Counted from the stretch's first letter, positions 27,418 to 42,706 are shown. The stretch is DNA of 64,000 bases from Syncephalis fuscata S228 (GCA_025786725.1 JAHLTZ010000010.1:310001-374000); one strand, 5' to 3'. The notes: generated by a model not told the origin, from the sequence alone. Program-made: numbers and translations.

Positions 27418-29293
27418 TTAAACCATAGGATGACGTTGGACATGAAGATTGGCAGGCCATACATCGCATTGATTTGCACGCTTAGCTGGGTTTGGTGGTA
27501 GCCATCCCTTTTCCTATGTATTAATAAAGAGTAGATTGATAAGTTGATGCAATTAATTAATTCATTCATTCATTGCTACTTACTACACCAAGGAAATAAT
27601 CCCACTGCGGATTAACGCCATTTTCTGTTTTGAAATTCCAGTAAAACCAGCCAAATCCATTACCCTTCTCAAAGGAGTCCATTTGTTTCTCAGAGAATTG
27701 GCGCAAGAAGCTAATGTATTCGGGAGACCATGCCTTGACATCAGTACGGCCGGCACAGGTTGCTCCAGGGAAGGCGGGTGTACTGGCTGGATACGTACCA
27801 TCCCAACGAGCGCCCTTGCCAACACCGTTCAAGTAAAGAGCGCAGTCGTCAGTGGCTACTGAGAATTCGCCTACCATTGTGGGACCGAACTTCTCCTCAC
27901 TCGTACGAATGTCATGTTGCCAAGTAGTACATGTGAAATTCAATTTGCCTGGCATATCGAGTCCCACAAGGTATTTGTCAAAGATGAAATAGTTATGAAC
28001 ATCTATCAAATAATAAATAGCAGCCAAGTTAGTGTTCAAGAAAATAAGGTCAAAATAAGGCATTGTTTAACAAGGCATGATTAATACTAACGCTAATTAT
28101 GCTATTGCTGTGGCTAAATGTACTTACCTAGGACAACACGATCGTATTTTTGGACGGGCATTTCGTTTTGCCATTGAGATAAACCGGCAAATCCTTCATG
28201 TATCACGAGAATAGGCCCTGCGCCCTTAACATTATTGGTGGCTGCGCGTGCCACCGTATACGCCTCCTTCGTCCATTGCTTTACTCGGTCGAGGCCGACT
28301 TTTGCGGCAAATGGTTCGTTAAGCACACCAAATAGCGTGACGACATCGGCGTATTTTGGCTGTATAACAAAATCAAGTAGTTTGCGCATAACACGTAATG
28401 TGCGATCACCATGGACACGTCCCTTACTCGTGCCGTCCATCCAGCCCACGATACCTTCGCGTCCACTATGATTCCAGCCATTTTGCGAACCAGGTGCTGT
28501 GTGTAGCTCAAGCATCACTCGTAAGCCGTACTTACGGGCCCAATCGAGTCCTTGGGCAAGGTATTCCCAACTATCTTGCACATAAGGTTCGTCATCTTGC
28601 AGGTCAACTGCCCAATAGCCCACGGGAATGCGTACATGGTCAAGACCAAGATCGGCAATCTTGCGGAAATCAGCTTCGGTAACAAAAGTTTCATAATGTC
28701 TATTAACAACATTAACAGCATTAATAAAAACAAACAGTCAATTATATATAATTAAATAATTGACTAATTACTTACTTGCGCATTTCTTTACGACATTCAT
28801 CACGACCAAGCTTCTGACACAATGTCCATTCATCAACCACTTTATCTTCAGGTGCAAATTTATTAAACATTGATGGTTTAATAAATGGCTCAAGTAGTAG
28901 CCAACCACCGATATTAACGCCATGTACTGGCTTGGTGCCATAAGGAAATTTCTCGCCAAGTGGAATAAGATCGGCGCGTACTTTTGCTCCTTTACCGCTT
29001 CCACCACCACCACCACCACCCGTACTGCTTGATTCGCCAATAATCGAAGATCCATTACGGCGAGCAATGGCCATAGCAATACCGGTGCCTAAGCCGGCTG
29101 CCAATATAATACCGGCCATGCCGATAAGCCAACGGTTACGCGGTTTAGCCAAGAAAGCTTTTGGCTTAACTGGTGGGTCGTGACTACTGGTCGGTAGAGC
29201 GGCTTCTTCATGGCTATGTGCTGTACTATCTGTATTCGTGGTAGCAGCAGCATCGCCATGATGTGCAAATGATTCTTCATCATGATTCAACAT
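27418..29293 (-). CDS. GH5 glucan 1,3-beta-glucosidase (exo-1,3-beta-glucanase), type II membrane-anchored; 4 exons
   Basis: N-terminal TM, GVNIGGWLLLEPFIKPS, LHTAPGSQNGWNHSG, acid/base NEP, nucleophile VGEFS, GWFYWNFKTE...QWDY. Confidence 0.93.
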
Positions 29294-30134
29294 AATGATT
29301 TAATTGAATTTAATGTTATCTAATGCAAATGACAGGTGACACACACAGTGTTTCTACAACAATTGGATCATAAGCAATTGTTAGTCCAATATAACAATAC
29401 TTGTCGTACAAACTGAATAAGCACTTGGCACAACAAAATAAAAACAACTATAGGCTTTGTTACGTACTTTGTTACTTTACGACATAGCTATATACTTGAT
29501 GATTTATCCATAGCAATAGATTAATAATGGCTAATCTACCTATTATCCCAGCAACCAATTGGCTATATGCTCATTTGCCAGTAATCTCTATCACCCTGGC
29601 ATCAACTAATTATATGGTTGCTGGGGAAGGGGAGAGGAGACGAATCAGCCATGGTTAATACGCGTTGTTTGGTTTATATTGACTTTAACACCAGGACAGT
29701 AAATCTTTTTACGTAATTAATTATAGCAAGCTAAATAGCTGACGAGTTGATCAGATTAGAATGTATTTAAATGATCATTCATAATAAACATTAATATAAT
29801 ATATTATTATTATTTGCATAGACTAGAATTAAATGCAATAAAACATTGTATCAGCAATAATATCAAACATTTATTTTATTTATGTGATGTGTTGGTATGA
29901 TCATTTATACTAATCTTTTTTATTAACACTTTTTTTTCTTAATGAATCACTATTTAATTATATATACAAAAATGTAGTTTAGAATAGATGTGTTTACAAG
30001 TATTTATTCAACATTCAATAAACACTGTTGCTTGTATACTGAATCTAATGCTTAAAGTTTAATTGTCATTTTATAGTATCATATTTTATGATAATGGCAT
30101 TTGTTTATGCATTGACATCCATCCTTTTATTTTA

Positions 30135-30310
30135 CGGATGACATTGTTTTACGAATATACTTGTCTTTCTTGTTTGTTGTTTGTCATTCTTATTACACTT
30201 ATTGTTTTACTGTTGACATTGTTCTATGATTGTGTTTATTTTTATTGTTATCTATTTTTCTTATTACAGCCACTGTTTTATTGATGACATTGCTCTATAA
30301 TTATATTTTC
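30135..30310. repeat. Degenerate ~72-bp tandem repeat (about 2.5 units)
   Basis: TGACATTG recurs at ~30139, ~30214 and ~30285; the second and third copies are each preceded by TTCTTATTACA...TGTTTTA.TG. Confidence 0.5.
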
Positions 30311-30489
30311 TTTTATGCAATTGGTTTTTATTTTTTCATTTATTCTACCACTTGAACAATTCTTTCATTTGTATTTCAATTTATTCATAGTCTTTTTATG
30401 TACAATGTCATTTAATTCATGGCTTGTATATATCATCTTTTTTATTAATTAAATAAAACCTTTTTTACTTTAAACAATTTATTAGTCAT

Positions 30490-31385
30490 CTATTGTGATT
30501 TGAGGTCAAATGACTATAGTCAATAATATTTACACTTTTAAATTAGGCTTTATTATTAAACATGAAACTAGGAGTAATTCACATCATGGTCCAAAATACT
30601 CATCATCATAGATTTATTATCCAATATGCATATACTCAGTATACATATATACTCTATTCATCTATATCACTTTCAATATACCCCACACAAATATATATTA
30701 TTCTGTGATATGCTAGGTATATTCTATTGTTTATATGCGGCAATATACTTTACTCACTCCACTCATTCCACTATACACACTATAACTTCAACATCATTTT
30801 ATACTTTCTTGCCGTACATTTATCATTTTATATAGCATTCTATACTCGCCTAGACTTATCTATCAAAACTGTTTTTATTTTTGTTTTAGTTTTATTATTA
30901 ATAAAGCTTGACTAATGTTAGTCATTGCTTATACATATATGCTCAATAACTTGAATATTGCTAATCTTGTTCAATATTGCCTATCCATTATAATGTTTAT
31001 CATTTTATTATATATGGCTATACGCTGTCTATAACCGTTGTCGGTATGGTTCCAGCTTTTTATTAATAAACATTGACATATCGCACTTAGTTGTTATTAA
31101 GTTATATTGGTAAAACAAATAATATGAATATGAACGGAGTTTTGTTTTATTAAGATTATTTATAAATAAACTAGATCATGTCAATTAGTCATGATTTTAA
31201 TGCCAATTAAACAAAGTAACAAATATAAGTAGTAGTAACACATACTGTAATGATATATGCATACTGGACAATAGACCTACAATGATGAGTATTTGATGAC
31301 TGATGTCACTCACCACCCATCATCATCTTCAATAGATTAAAGGTTATTAAATTTAGTCATTTGGCACCCAAATCATACTATAATA
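30490..31385. repeat. Dispersed repeat family A, present here as a diverged inverted pair (30490-30640 and 31245-31385)
   Basis: 30490-30640 resembles the reverse complement of 31245-31385 (TGATTTG..CAAATGACTA; ACATCA..AAATACTCATCAT..TATT.TCCA.TATGCATATA). A close copy lies at 61141-61225. Confidence 0.65.
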
Positions 31386-31506
31386 ATTAATAATTTAATT
31401 AAATGTATAATAATGTATAATAACACATAGTATTTTATATAATGATGCGGTTTATTTAACTCAATTAACAAGTACTAAAAGTTAAAAATGAGATGGTACA
31501 TAGCAC

Positions 31507-31660
31507 GTATATATTAACGCAACGACAACGATTGCATAATGATATGGGATCGATCATATGGCTTCTACTAATATTCAATCAATCTTCATACACATAGCCA
31601 ACAACGATCGGTCTTAAATGTTCCAAAAAACCAAATGATATGTTACGCTATTTATTTAAA
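31507..31660 (+). mobile_element. Degenerate Fanzor-element 3' fragment (copy 4), tail-to-tail with copy 1
   Basis: Translates roughly NDNDCIMIWD-(fs)-DHMASTNIQSIFIHIANNDRS*MFQK; inverted match to 31803-31940. Confidence 0.62.
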
Positions 31661-31715
31661 AGGTTATGGTTACATTTTACTTCGAGTCCCACATCTGTCC
31701 CCAAAGCATAATTTG

Positions 31716-32243
31716 TTCCAATTAAAATCATGTTGTTATTATGCACAACATAGTTATATCGATTTCTATTAAAATATTGTTAATAAATTGATTTAAATAA
31801 ACAATGTAACATACTATTTGATTTCTCTGAAACACTTGAGGCCGATTATTATTGTTATTGGTCATGTATAGGAAGATTGATCGAATATTAATAAAAGCCA
31901 TTGATCGCGATTCCATATTGTTCCACAACTGTTGTTGTTGTTACTACGTACAGTGTGATTTCTTGTGTCTGAATGCTCTCTTTTATCTTCCAATCTTTTA
32001 CTGTTGCAATTTGGGCATATTTGCGATGTAAGATACTCGTCTATGGTGACAAGAAGGTAAACGACTAGCGTTTCTGATGTTCACCATTGTCTTGAGCATT
32101 CTTGGTATCAACTTGGTAGGTGCAGTTTATTTGCCACATTGATAAGGCAAATGGACTCCACCATATGCAATAATAATAGGTTGAGTGTCTTCACCAGTAA
32201 CATCTTGTGGCGACCGTTGTAGCCAGAATATACGGCATGCCAT
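31716..32243 (-). pseudogene. Fanzor (TnpB-like RuvC nuclease) pseudogene: C-terminal ~140 aa plus downstream non-coding tail (copy 1)
   Basis: Minus-strand translation across one stop and two frameshifts: PIIIAYGG...GK*TAPTKLIPRMLK...LLVTIDEYLTSQICPNCNSKRL...HTVRSNNNNSCGTIWNRD(H)MAFINIRSIFLYMTNNNNNRPQVFQR. Confidence 0.8.
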
Positions 32244-32657
32244 TGAGGTTACTTGAAGAGATGTTAGTGTAAAATAAAAGAAATAAAGACTAGGGATTAA
32301 ATAATATTCTTTATTGATGTTCAAATACACATGTTATTTATATTGTTATATTCGGCATTATCACATAATATATTACTAAATAAAACAATAAGATAGCAAT
32401 AAGAAAAAGGGAGTGAAATGAGTCAATAAAATATGTGAGAGTCAAAGTACAGTAGTTTCCGTTGTTTAATAAATAATATTAACATCGTCATTACTCGATG
32501 CTTATTAACGATAGATCTAATAGTAATTCATGTTAAATATCACAACTCTGGCCTTATTTTCATAGCAAGCTTCATTTATAAAAAGAAAACAAATAACAAT
32601 AAAATGAAACTATCTATATTATTTATGGATTAACGAACAAGTGCCGGTGTTAATGAG

Positions 32658-35600
32658 TTAAAACTTCCAATTTGCATCAACATCCATGGCCCAGGCAAAC
32701 TTTTCACGCAATGAAGCATTAAACATTCTGCTAAGCGGGACATCATGAGCACGACACCATGCAGTAGTAATACGTGGATCGAGGTAATTAATCCTAGATG
32801 TAGTCAGTGCAGTTGTCTTGTTCTCATCCTATTAAATAAAAACATCATTATATTAACAGTGTCATCATTATTATTACAATTGCTTACCTTGTCAATCATA
32901 TCACTTTTGGCGGCAATAACGCGTTCAGATAGTTTGTCAATTGCTTCTTTTAACTTCTCTTCAGTTGCACCTCGACGTAATTCTACCGTTTTTGATTTAC
33001 GCTCCTTTTTAATACGCTCCTCGTATTCATCCGCTTTATCACGAATAGCCTGAATAGCGTCCTTAGTGGGCGGCTTGCTACCTTCTTCGCTAGCCTTTTC
33101 ACGTAACTTCTCGATCTTTACATCGGCCTTTTCGCGTTCCTTTTGAATCAATGAATCTTCATATTCAGTACACCATTCTTCATCCAAATCCGATTCTGGT
33201 GCTACCAAGCGTGGATTTTTCTTCTTAATCTTTGGGTCCAATTGCATCAATTCTCTCTTTGCTCTCCATCGAAGATATTTAATCGATTTAACCTAATAAT
33301 TACTATAAATATATAATGATGGTTGGTATGCCATATTAAACTCACCTTGTTAAACACTCGTAGCATTTGATCGTCGTGACGTTTTGGCACGGCACGCTGA
33401 TGATTACACAGTACAGCTACTTCTCGGTTAGCCCGATTGTAGGCCAGTACTTTCTCGGCCACCGTAGTGTTTTGCGGTGTCTTTAACAGCTCCCGCTCAA
33501 ATGTGTGGGAGGCATTATAAGTACGGAACACTTTAGCAGTTAGTCCCGGCATAAGCGACGACAAGTACCGATTTAGTGTGGTCGTCTTCAATCAATTGAT
33601 TAGTCGAATAGACCAAAATTGACAATCGACTTACAGTTAACCGGTCAAACAATGGATCGCCTGACACTTTGGGTGCCTTCTTGAATATACCCAAATTCTT
33701 CCATACCTGAATGTCAACCTCGACTTCTCGATAATACCTAATCGAATCTTTACCAAGAAAGTCAAAAATAACTCGATTGGGGGGCTCTAAATTAATGTGC
33801 TCGTATCGCAGTGTGCAACAGCCCACGGTATCAGCTTCATCTTCGCCTTTCTCATTACCGGCTCGAAGAGCAAATCGATCAATTAAATACATGGCAGTGG
33901 CCCGTTGACGTGTTTGCATCGTACGGCTCCTCAAATCATTCGTATATTCTCTTCGTATTTGATCAATACGTTTCTATTAAACAGTTAATAAATAACACTA
34001 TATATATATATATTGATACTTGCCTTCAATTCGCGCGCCTTTTCAAACTTATTCATGTCACTCTGGCCTTTAATTGAGCTATTAGCTGCCAAAAACACAT
34101 ATTTAACTGAATTGTTAATATTTTCCTTCCAAGTGGCAAGCCAGGTCACTGTTGGATCGTGGACAATACCGCCCCATTTATGACCGGCTGGAGGAGTAGG
34201 TATAGGCGCATCCTTATCAAGATTTAGAGTAACTTGTTCAGGCGTAACGCGTTTCTTTAAACAGCCCGTCTTGGGATGAGCACCACGTCCACGGAATAGA
34301 CTAGGAGGTTCAATTCGGAAATTGCCAACCTTTTCCTTGCGACCATCCAACATACAGTAGCCGTATAATTCATCAATGGCCACTTTCTCATCTTTCACAA
34401 CCTATATTATACACATATATAGTATCAATGATCACTTACATTCCCTAATTAATAGCTTACCTTAAGCTCATCTTTAGTCATTTGTTTCTTACGTTCCTTT
34501 TCCTTTTCAAAGAACTCGGCAATTTGCGTGAAATCACACTTTGCAAATTCACGTATGGGCGTCGGCTATTATAATACTGTATAAATATACTACTAATAGC
34601 AATATCTCGATAATAACCAACCTTTTCACAAGTTTTTAAGATATTGAGAAAATCGTTAAAAAAGTTTTGTTGAAAGACAGGATTGACGGCATGTTCCATA
34701 TGTAGAACAAGGGCAAAGAACGTTGCTACTTCTTCCGCTAATGGCTCCAATATAATCTCTTGACCTAATAAAACAATAAATATAATAAACACAATAATAG
34801 CACCAATACTATAAATTACCATTATAAAGTAATGGCACACCGTGTGGCTTGTAGTCTGGAGGAAATAACACGCCATTATGTCTCAATGTAGTCCATTTAA
34901 CCGAATTGTCTCGATCCTGATTAAGCCACCAACGATGTGACTTGTCGTCTTCGTTCTCTTCATCGTCAACCTGACTACCATTAACACTTGTACCGTTACT
35001 CTCGGCTTTCGGTTTCTTCTCCACTTTGACAGGTCGTTTCTTAGTCTTTCCAACAGTCTTGGTATCCTGGGGTAATTTACGCTTTTTGCCAGTGGACTAG
35101 ATGAATGTTATAAGATAAACTGTAACACACACAGTTCAGACTACATACCTCGACACTAGTCGCTGGTGTTGACTTTAATAATAATAATAACAATAACAAT
35201 AATACAAATGTTGGTTATAATATTAATATAGAGTTCATTTACATACTGAAACAGAATTACTCGGTCGAGACTTAATATAGCTTGACTAAATAAATAAATA
35301 AATAGATGAAATGTGTATTATTAGCACAGCCATGGTCATAATTGTGTAATTTAACTTACCAATGGCACATCAGAATCACTATCATCCATACTAAACACTT
35401 CTTGTTTTACACGGGATTTCTTATTAAGTTTTGTAGGCAATCCATTAACACCGTTGCCATTACTCGCTTTTAACTTGATGGCCAATGGTATTTCATCATC
35501 TGAACTTTCCTCTTCTATAAATAACATTTAATTAGTATACATTATTATTAAATCTATTAAACCACCACTTACTCTTGACACATGTTATATCTTCTGGCGC

Positions 35601-35961
35601 TAATATATTATATAATGTATACAATTATGTTAGATTAATAAAATTATCGATAAACACCATTCATTCCTTTCATCATTAATAACACATAGTATAACAAACA
35701 AATACAAAAGGCCTATTACAATGGATTATGCAATGTTCCATTGACTTACCTAGCGCAAATGTGCCAAGCTTTGCAGCTAAAGGCATATCCTCGTCACTAT
35801 CTACGACAGAAGCAGAATGTACGGAGAAAGCAGCTAAAAGAACAAGTTAATCAAGTTAATCAATCTATTTATCTATCTATCTATATATAATATCGCTAGT
35901 ATTTACTTGAATCATTGTTGAATTTCTGTGCCAGTGGCACATTATCGTCTGAATCAGACAT
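32658..35961 (-). CDS. TOP1: DNA topoisomerase I (type IB); many exons
   Basis: [73 protein letters not shown] and the catalytic Tyr in SRINYLDPR. Confidence 0.98.
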
Positions 35962-38772
35962 GGCTAGCGTACTTTACACCGCATAAACGTGTATAATCAA
36001 TAAAGTATGATCTGACGATTGTGACGACGATTGTGCTAAGACCGCGTGCAATTGCCGTAATAACTATAGACGAGGACGATTACAAAGTCAAATAGAATAG
36101 ATCAGAATAAGCAATAGGTGCACGCTGTTACGTACTTATAGATAGAGATAGAGGATAGAGATAGAAGATGGATATGTACGAGTGGTCACTGTAAAGCTTA
36201 CGCGTAAGTACAGTGAATAAGGAGACGTGAGCAAGAATCAAAGCACGTCACACTGATACCGTATCTATTGTGAGTACCACCTTCAAAAAGCAAAGTAAAA
36301 AATAGATTCTACTGAATCCAGGTAGTGATGAAGGAATACGAGTAATGTTCCAGCAGTAAACGAAAGAAGGAGAAAGGAGAATGTGTGTGTGTGTGTATGA
36401 ATCATAGTCATGATCGTAATAATAATCTTTATTATTGCAAGGGGGAATGATAGTTATTGTATTTGTATGGATGAATTGTATTATAATGTATTCATATTAT
36501 AGAACTGTCTATTAATAACTTGTATAGATAGAATAGACTTTAAATAGTGATGATCGTAGATATGCAATGACAAGATTCTGTATCTATATTTGTTCAATGG
36601 CTAGGTGTTTATTATTGTTTGTTTGGAATGTCAGTATAAGTCTCATCTATCTATAGCTACTACTCCTTAATGTTTAATGACTGACTGCACATTGATCATA
36701 TCAATCATACTAATACTAATACTAATAGCAATAATACGCCATTGTAAAACAAAGTTTTAATAAGCCACTATTGAAACAGCTATACTTAGTTTATCAATAC
36801 ATAGAGATATATATATCTATGCTAAACCCCCTTCTTCATTGTGAATAAACAGCTATTGGCACATCTTGTCTTATATCCCATACTGGGTATATCTAGCGGA
36901 GTATTCTACTCGTTTGGTAGGGTCGCGGTTATCGTTGTTAGTTTCGACCCTTCATAATAGATGTTGCAACAAGTGGTGTGTCTAGCTTGTTGCAGCTTCT
37001 TTTCTTTTCTTCGTATTCCTACGACATTCACTTGTCCAGCATAGAGTATTACACCACCTATCCTACTTGTCGTGTACCTTTACAGACACACGTACACCAC
37101 CCACCTACAACCACACGTATTGAAAGAAAGCTTGTCAACTATCACTTTGATTTTATAGACCGACGTTTAGTAGTTGTGCCAACACTCATCTCTCGTACGT
37201 TTTTTCTTCGTTCTTTGTCTTAACCAACCACTCAACCACTCAGAGAATATACTGCTACTGATTCGCGTATTCTCGTTAACAACAACAGTGTAAGTATGGC
37301 GCGTTTTCTTTATTACATCTTGTACTGCCTTGTTCAATGATTAACACATATGGCGCCAAACAAACAACGGTATGACAAATGCTCTTGTTCTATATTTGAT
37401 GGAATCCAATCGGCGTCACCTGATCTACTAGAAGAGTCCTTTTTTATCAAGTGACCACTGCTCTCACTCTGTCTCTCTCACATTTTATATCCATTGATCA
37501 GCTGAAGTGGGCAACGATGATGTCGTAATTCGTTCGTTTGCCAATAGAACAGATAATTCATAAGATGGCATATTAGATGGTCAAAATGGCCACGTACATC
37601 TAAACACTACTATCCTATGCTTGTTTTTGTGTGTGTGTATCAATATTTGTCTTTATATTTCATACTGCGCCCTCCAAACAGCGTCTCGCTCGACTATTTC
37701 CGTCTTCCCCTTTTTGTTATTGTGTGCGCGCGTGTGTGCGTGCATGTATGCCCATTAAGCAGGCTTTTACTTTGCTTTCTGCATCTTACCTGTAACTTAT
37801 AGTCCAGCCCCATTCAATCCGCTACACTACAACTACACCGCACTGCACACTACCTGACACTCTTGAGTAAGCATTGGCATTGAAACCTTTACAGTAAGCA
37901 TTGATTGCGCTTACTCGTCTATTGATACGACATTTGTTGTGCTTTCACGCTCTATTCCCTACGGTTATATTACAACCACTACTATTATTGTTATTATTAT
38001 TATTATTACTATTGTTGTTGTTGCTGTTGCTGTTGCTGTTGTTGTTGTTATCTTTTTCCTATATTTAAAGCTGACTGAGATCAGTGTGTACGCATCCAAT
38101 AGTAAACACAACGAACCTATATGCGCTCTAGTGCATATGCCTATTCGTTTCATCAAGTTTTCTACATTCTAATCCGCTTTCTTTACTCCGGCTTTTCAAC
38201 CACTACCTTACTAATCCATCCGTGTAGTTGGTTCATACACCAGTCGGTCTTGCTCGTTTGCTGTTCCCTTTCTTTACACGCTACTTGAATATCTGCTGCA
38301 CGTGCGTTCGCTACCGTAGACCAATATAGCTATTTGGCTTATTGCTGTCGCTTGGTATCCATTGCGGTGTTCTTGACTAACGGTGACAACCGTGGACCCG
38401 CGCTTCATACTGTTGCCGTGCTATTTTTCCTTTCGTACGATTTACATCCATAGCGCGCATATACGTTTTGACTTATTAAAGTTGGCCATTTATTAATTGG
38501 TTTATAAATAGTTTGATTCTCAAGAGCAACGACCACTTGGACGATAGTTCAATCACGTAAATACGTCAGGAAAAAAGAAAAAAAATACTAAGCGTATATC
38601 TGGTATGTAGTACATAACAATGAAGATGCGATATAATGGCTGTATAGTGGCCGGTATACGCGCTGACTAAGCAGCCGTATGTGAAGCATGCATGGGCATG
38701 GTGCAAGGGAGGATGTATGCTGTTAAACTATCTAACAATGTTAATGGCCTAATAGTGATCGTACAGCTGCCG

Positions 38773-41405
<2,633 letters not shown>

Positions 41406-41825
41406 TGACGGGCTTTATGTTAACATATTCATATAATTTCCTTTTTTAAATGACGTTTTATCACATTAACCACACCCACCCTTTGCTGGTATGACTGTCG
41501 TTGCTGTTGTTACGGTTGCTGTTGTTGCTGCTGTCGTTTGTTCTTTATAATTTTTTCTTCTTCAGTTACGCATGCTGATCGACAGCGATGTTGGCATTCC
41601 ATTTGCATATCTTTGCCTTTTCTGTCCTATATTGGCGGTGTACAATTAAATATACTTGCACCTGCACGTGCAGAATAGAGTGAAATGTATGTCATAGTAT
41701 GATAACAGCAACCAAGCCGTGACATGGCTCACGACGTAACACACAGACTATCGCATTGGTACGACGGCATTTGCATGATAGTAGATTTATTATTAAATAA
41801 AGTAGTAATTAAAGTACAATTCGAT

Positions 41826-42706
41826 TCAACAGCCAACCACGCGCATTTCTTGATTCCGCTTAGTAAAACGTTTTCGAGCATTTTGTAAATGGATGCATAT
41901 CAGTGTAGAGGCAATACAATCTAGATTAAAAAATTAATAAACTGTAGGTTGAATGCTGATGATTTACTTACAATCTGCACCGTAAACATGCATTTCCCAA
42001 TGTTTTGCAGTACATACACATATGATGAAAATAACGCAGAGAACATTGGTTGCCGCTGTACAGGCCGCATAGACCAAGCCTTCTTTTACAATAGTGCAAC
42101 GTAGACTGCGTTGAAACGTCTTGGCCTCTTTGATAATAATAGTGCTGAAGCAGTAGATAAGCATGATATTGAAGCCCATATCAATTGTGCATTTTGTAAT
42201 GATCCATTCATATTTAATTTTGAATCCGCACTGCGTTACGCCGTGTGAATTAACCATAAATGAAAATAGCCGCCAATACCAATAATGATATAGCTAATTG
42301 CAAAGAAAGCGCCTACAATACGAATCCAGTTTAACTGATTGGCCCCATGGTATGCTTTAGTGAGCAAGATGACAGATATACAAGGTATACCAATGGTGAT
42401 GGTGGTAATATTAATGCAAGCTAATACGGTACAAGATATGGCCATAGGTGCTAGCTCATGGATAATGGCAGATACAAGAGCCATTACTGCTACTAAGATT
42501 TGGATAAGGTTTAAAATAAAAATTGGCCTATAAATTGAAATAACTAATTTTACGGCTTTTTTGAAAGTCCAAAGAATTAAACTTAATAGAGCCATACTCA
42601 TGAATAGCCTTGAAGAGGATTCACGATACTCATTCTGTATCCATTCCAATGGTGCTTCAAATTGCTCCGACTCTTCCTTAATAATAAAATATTTCTTATC
42701 AAGCAT
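41826..42706 (-). CDS. Orphan 7TM GPCR-like membrane protein (paralogue 2); apparent frameshift at ~42265
   Basis: Collinear with paralogue 1 (IFILNLI, C at the top of TM3, ILLTKAY, GYF-SF, W..TK..ID...NI, EGLVYA, WEMHVYGAD-Y|CIASTLIC). Same TM7 intron position and phase. Confidence 0.75.

Noticed and set aside
31507-31945. First read as a simple MITE with ~135-bp TIRs
   Set aside because: The arms translate to the Fanzor C-terminus and one arm extends 300 bp further as coding relic, so they are better explained as two element fragments.
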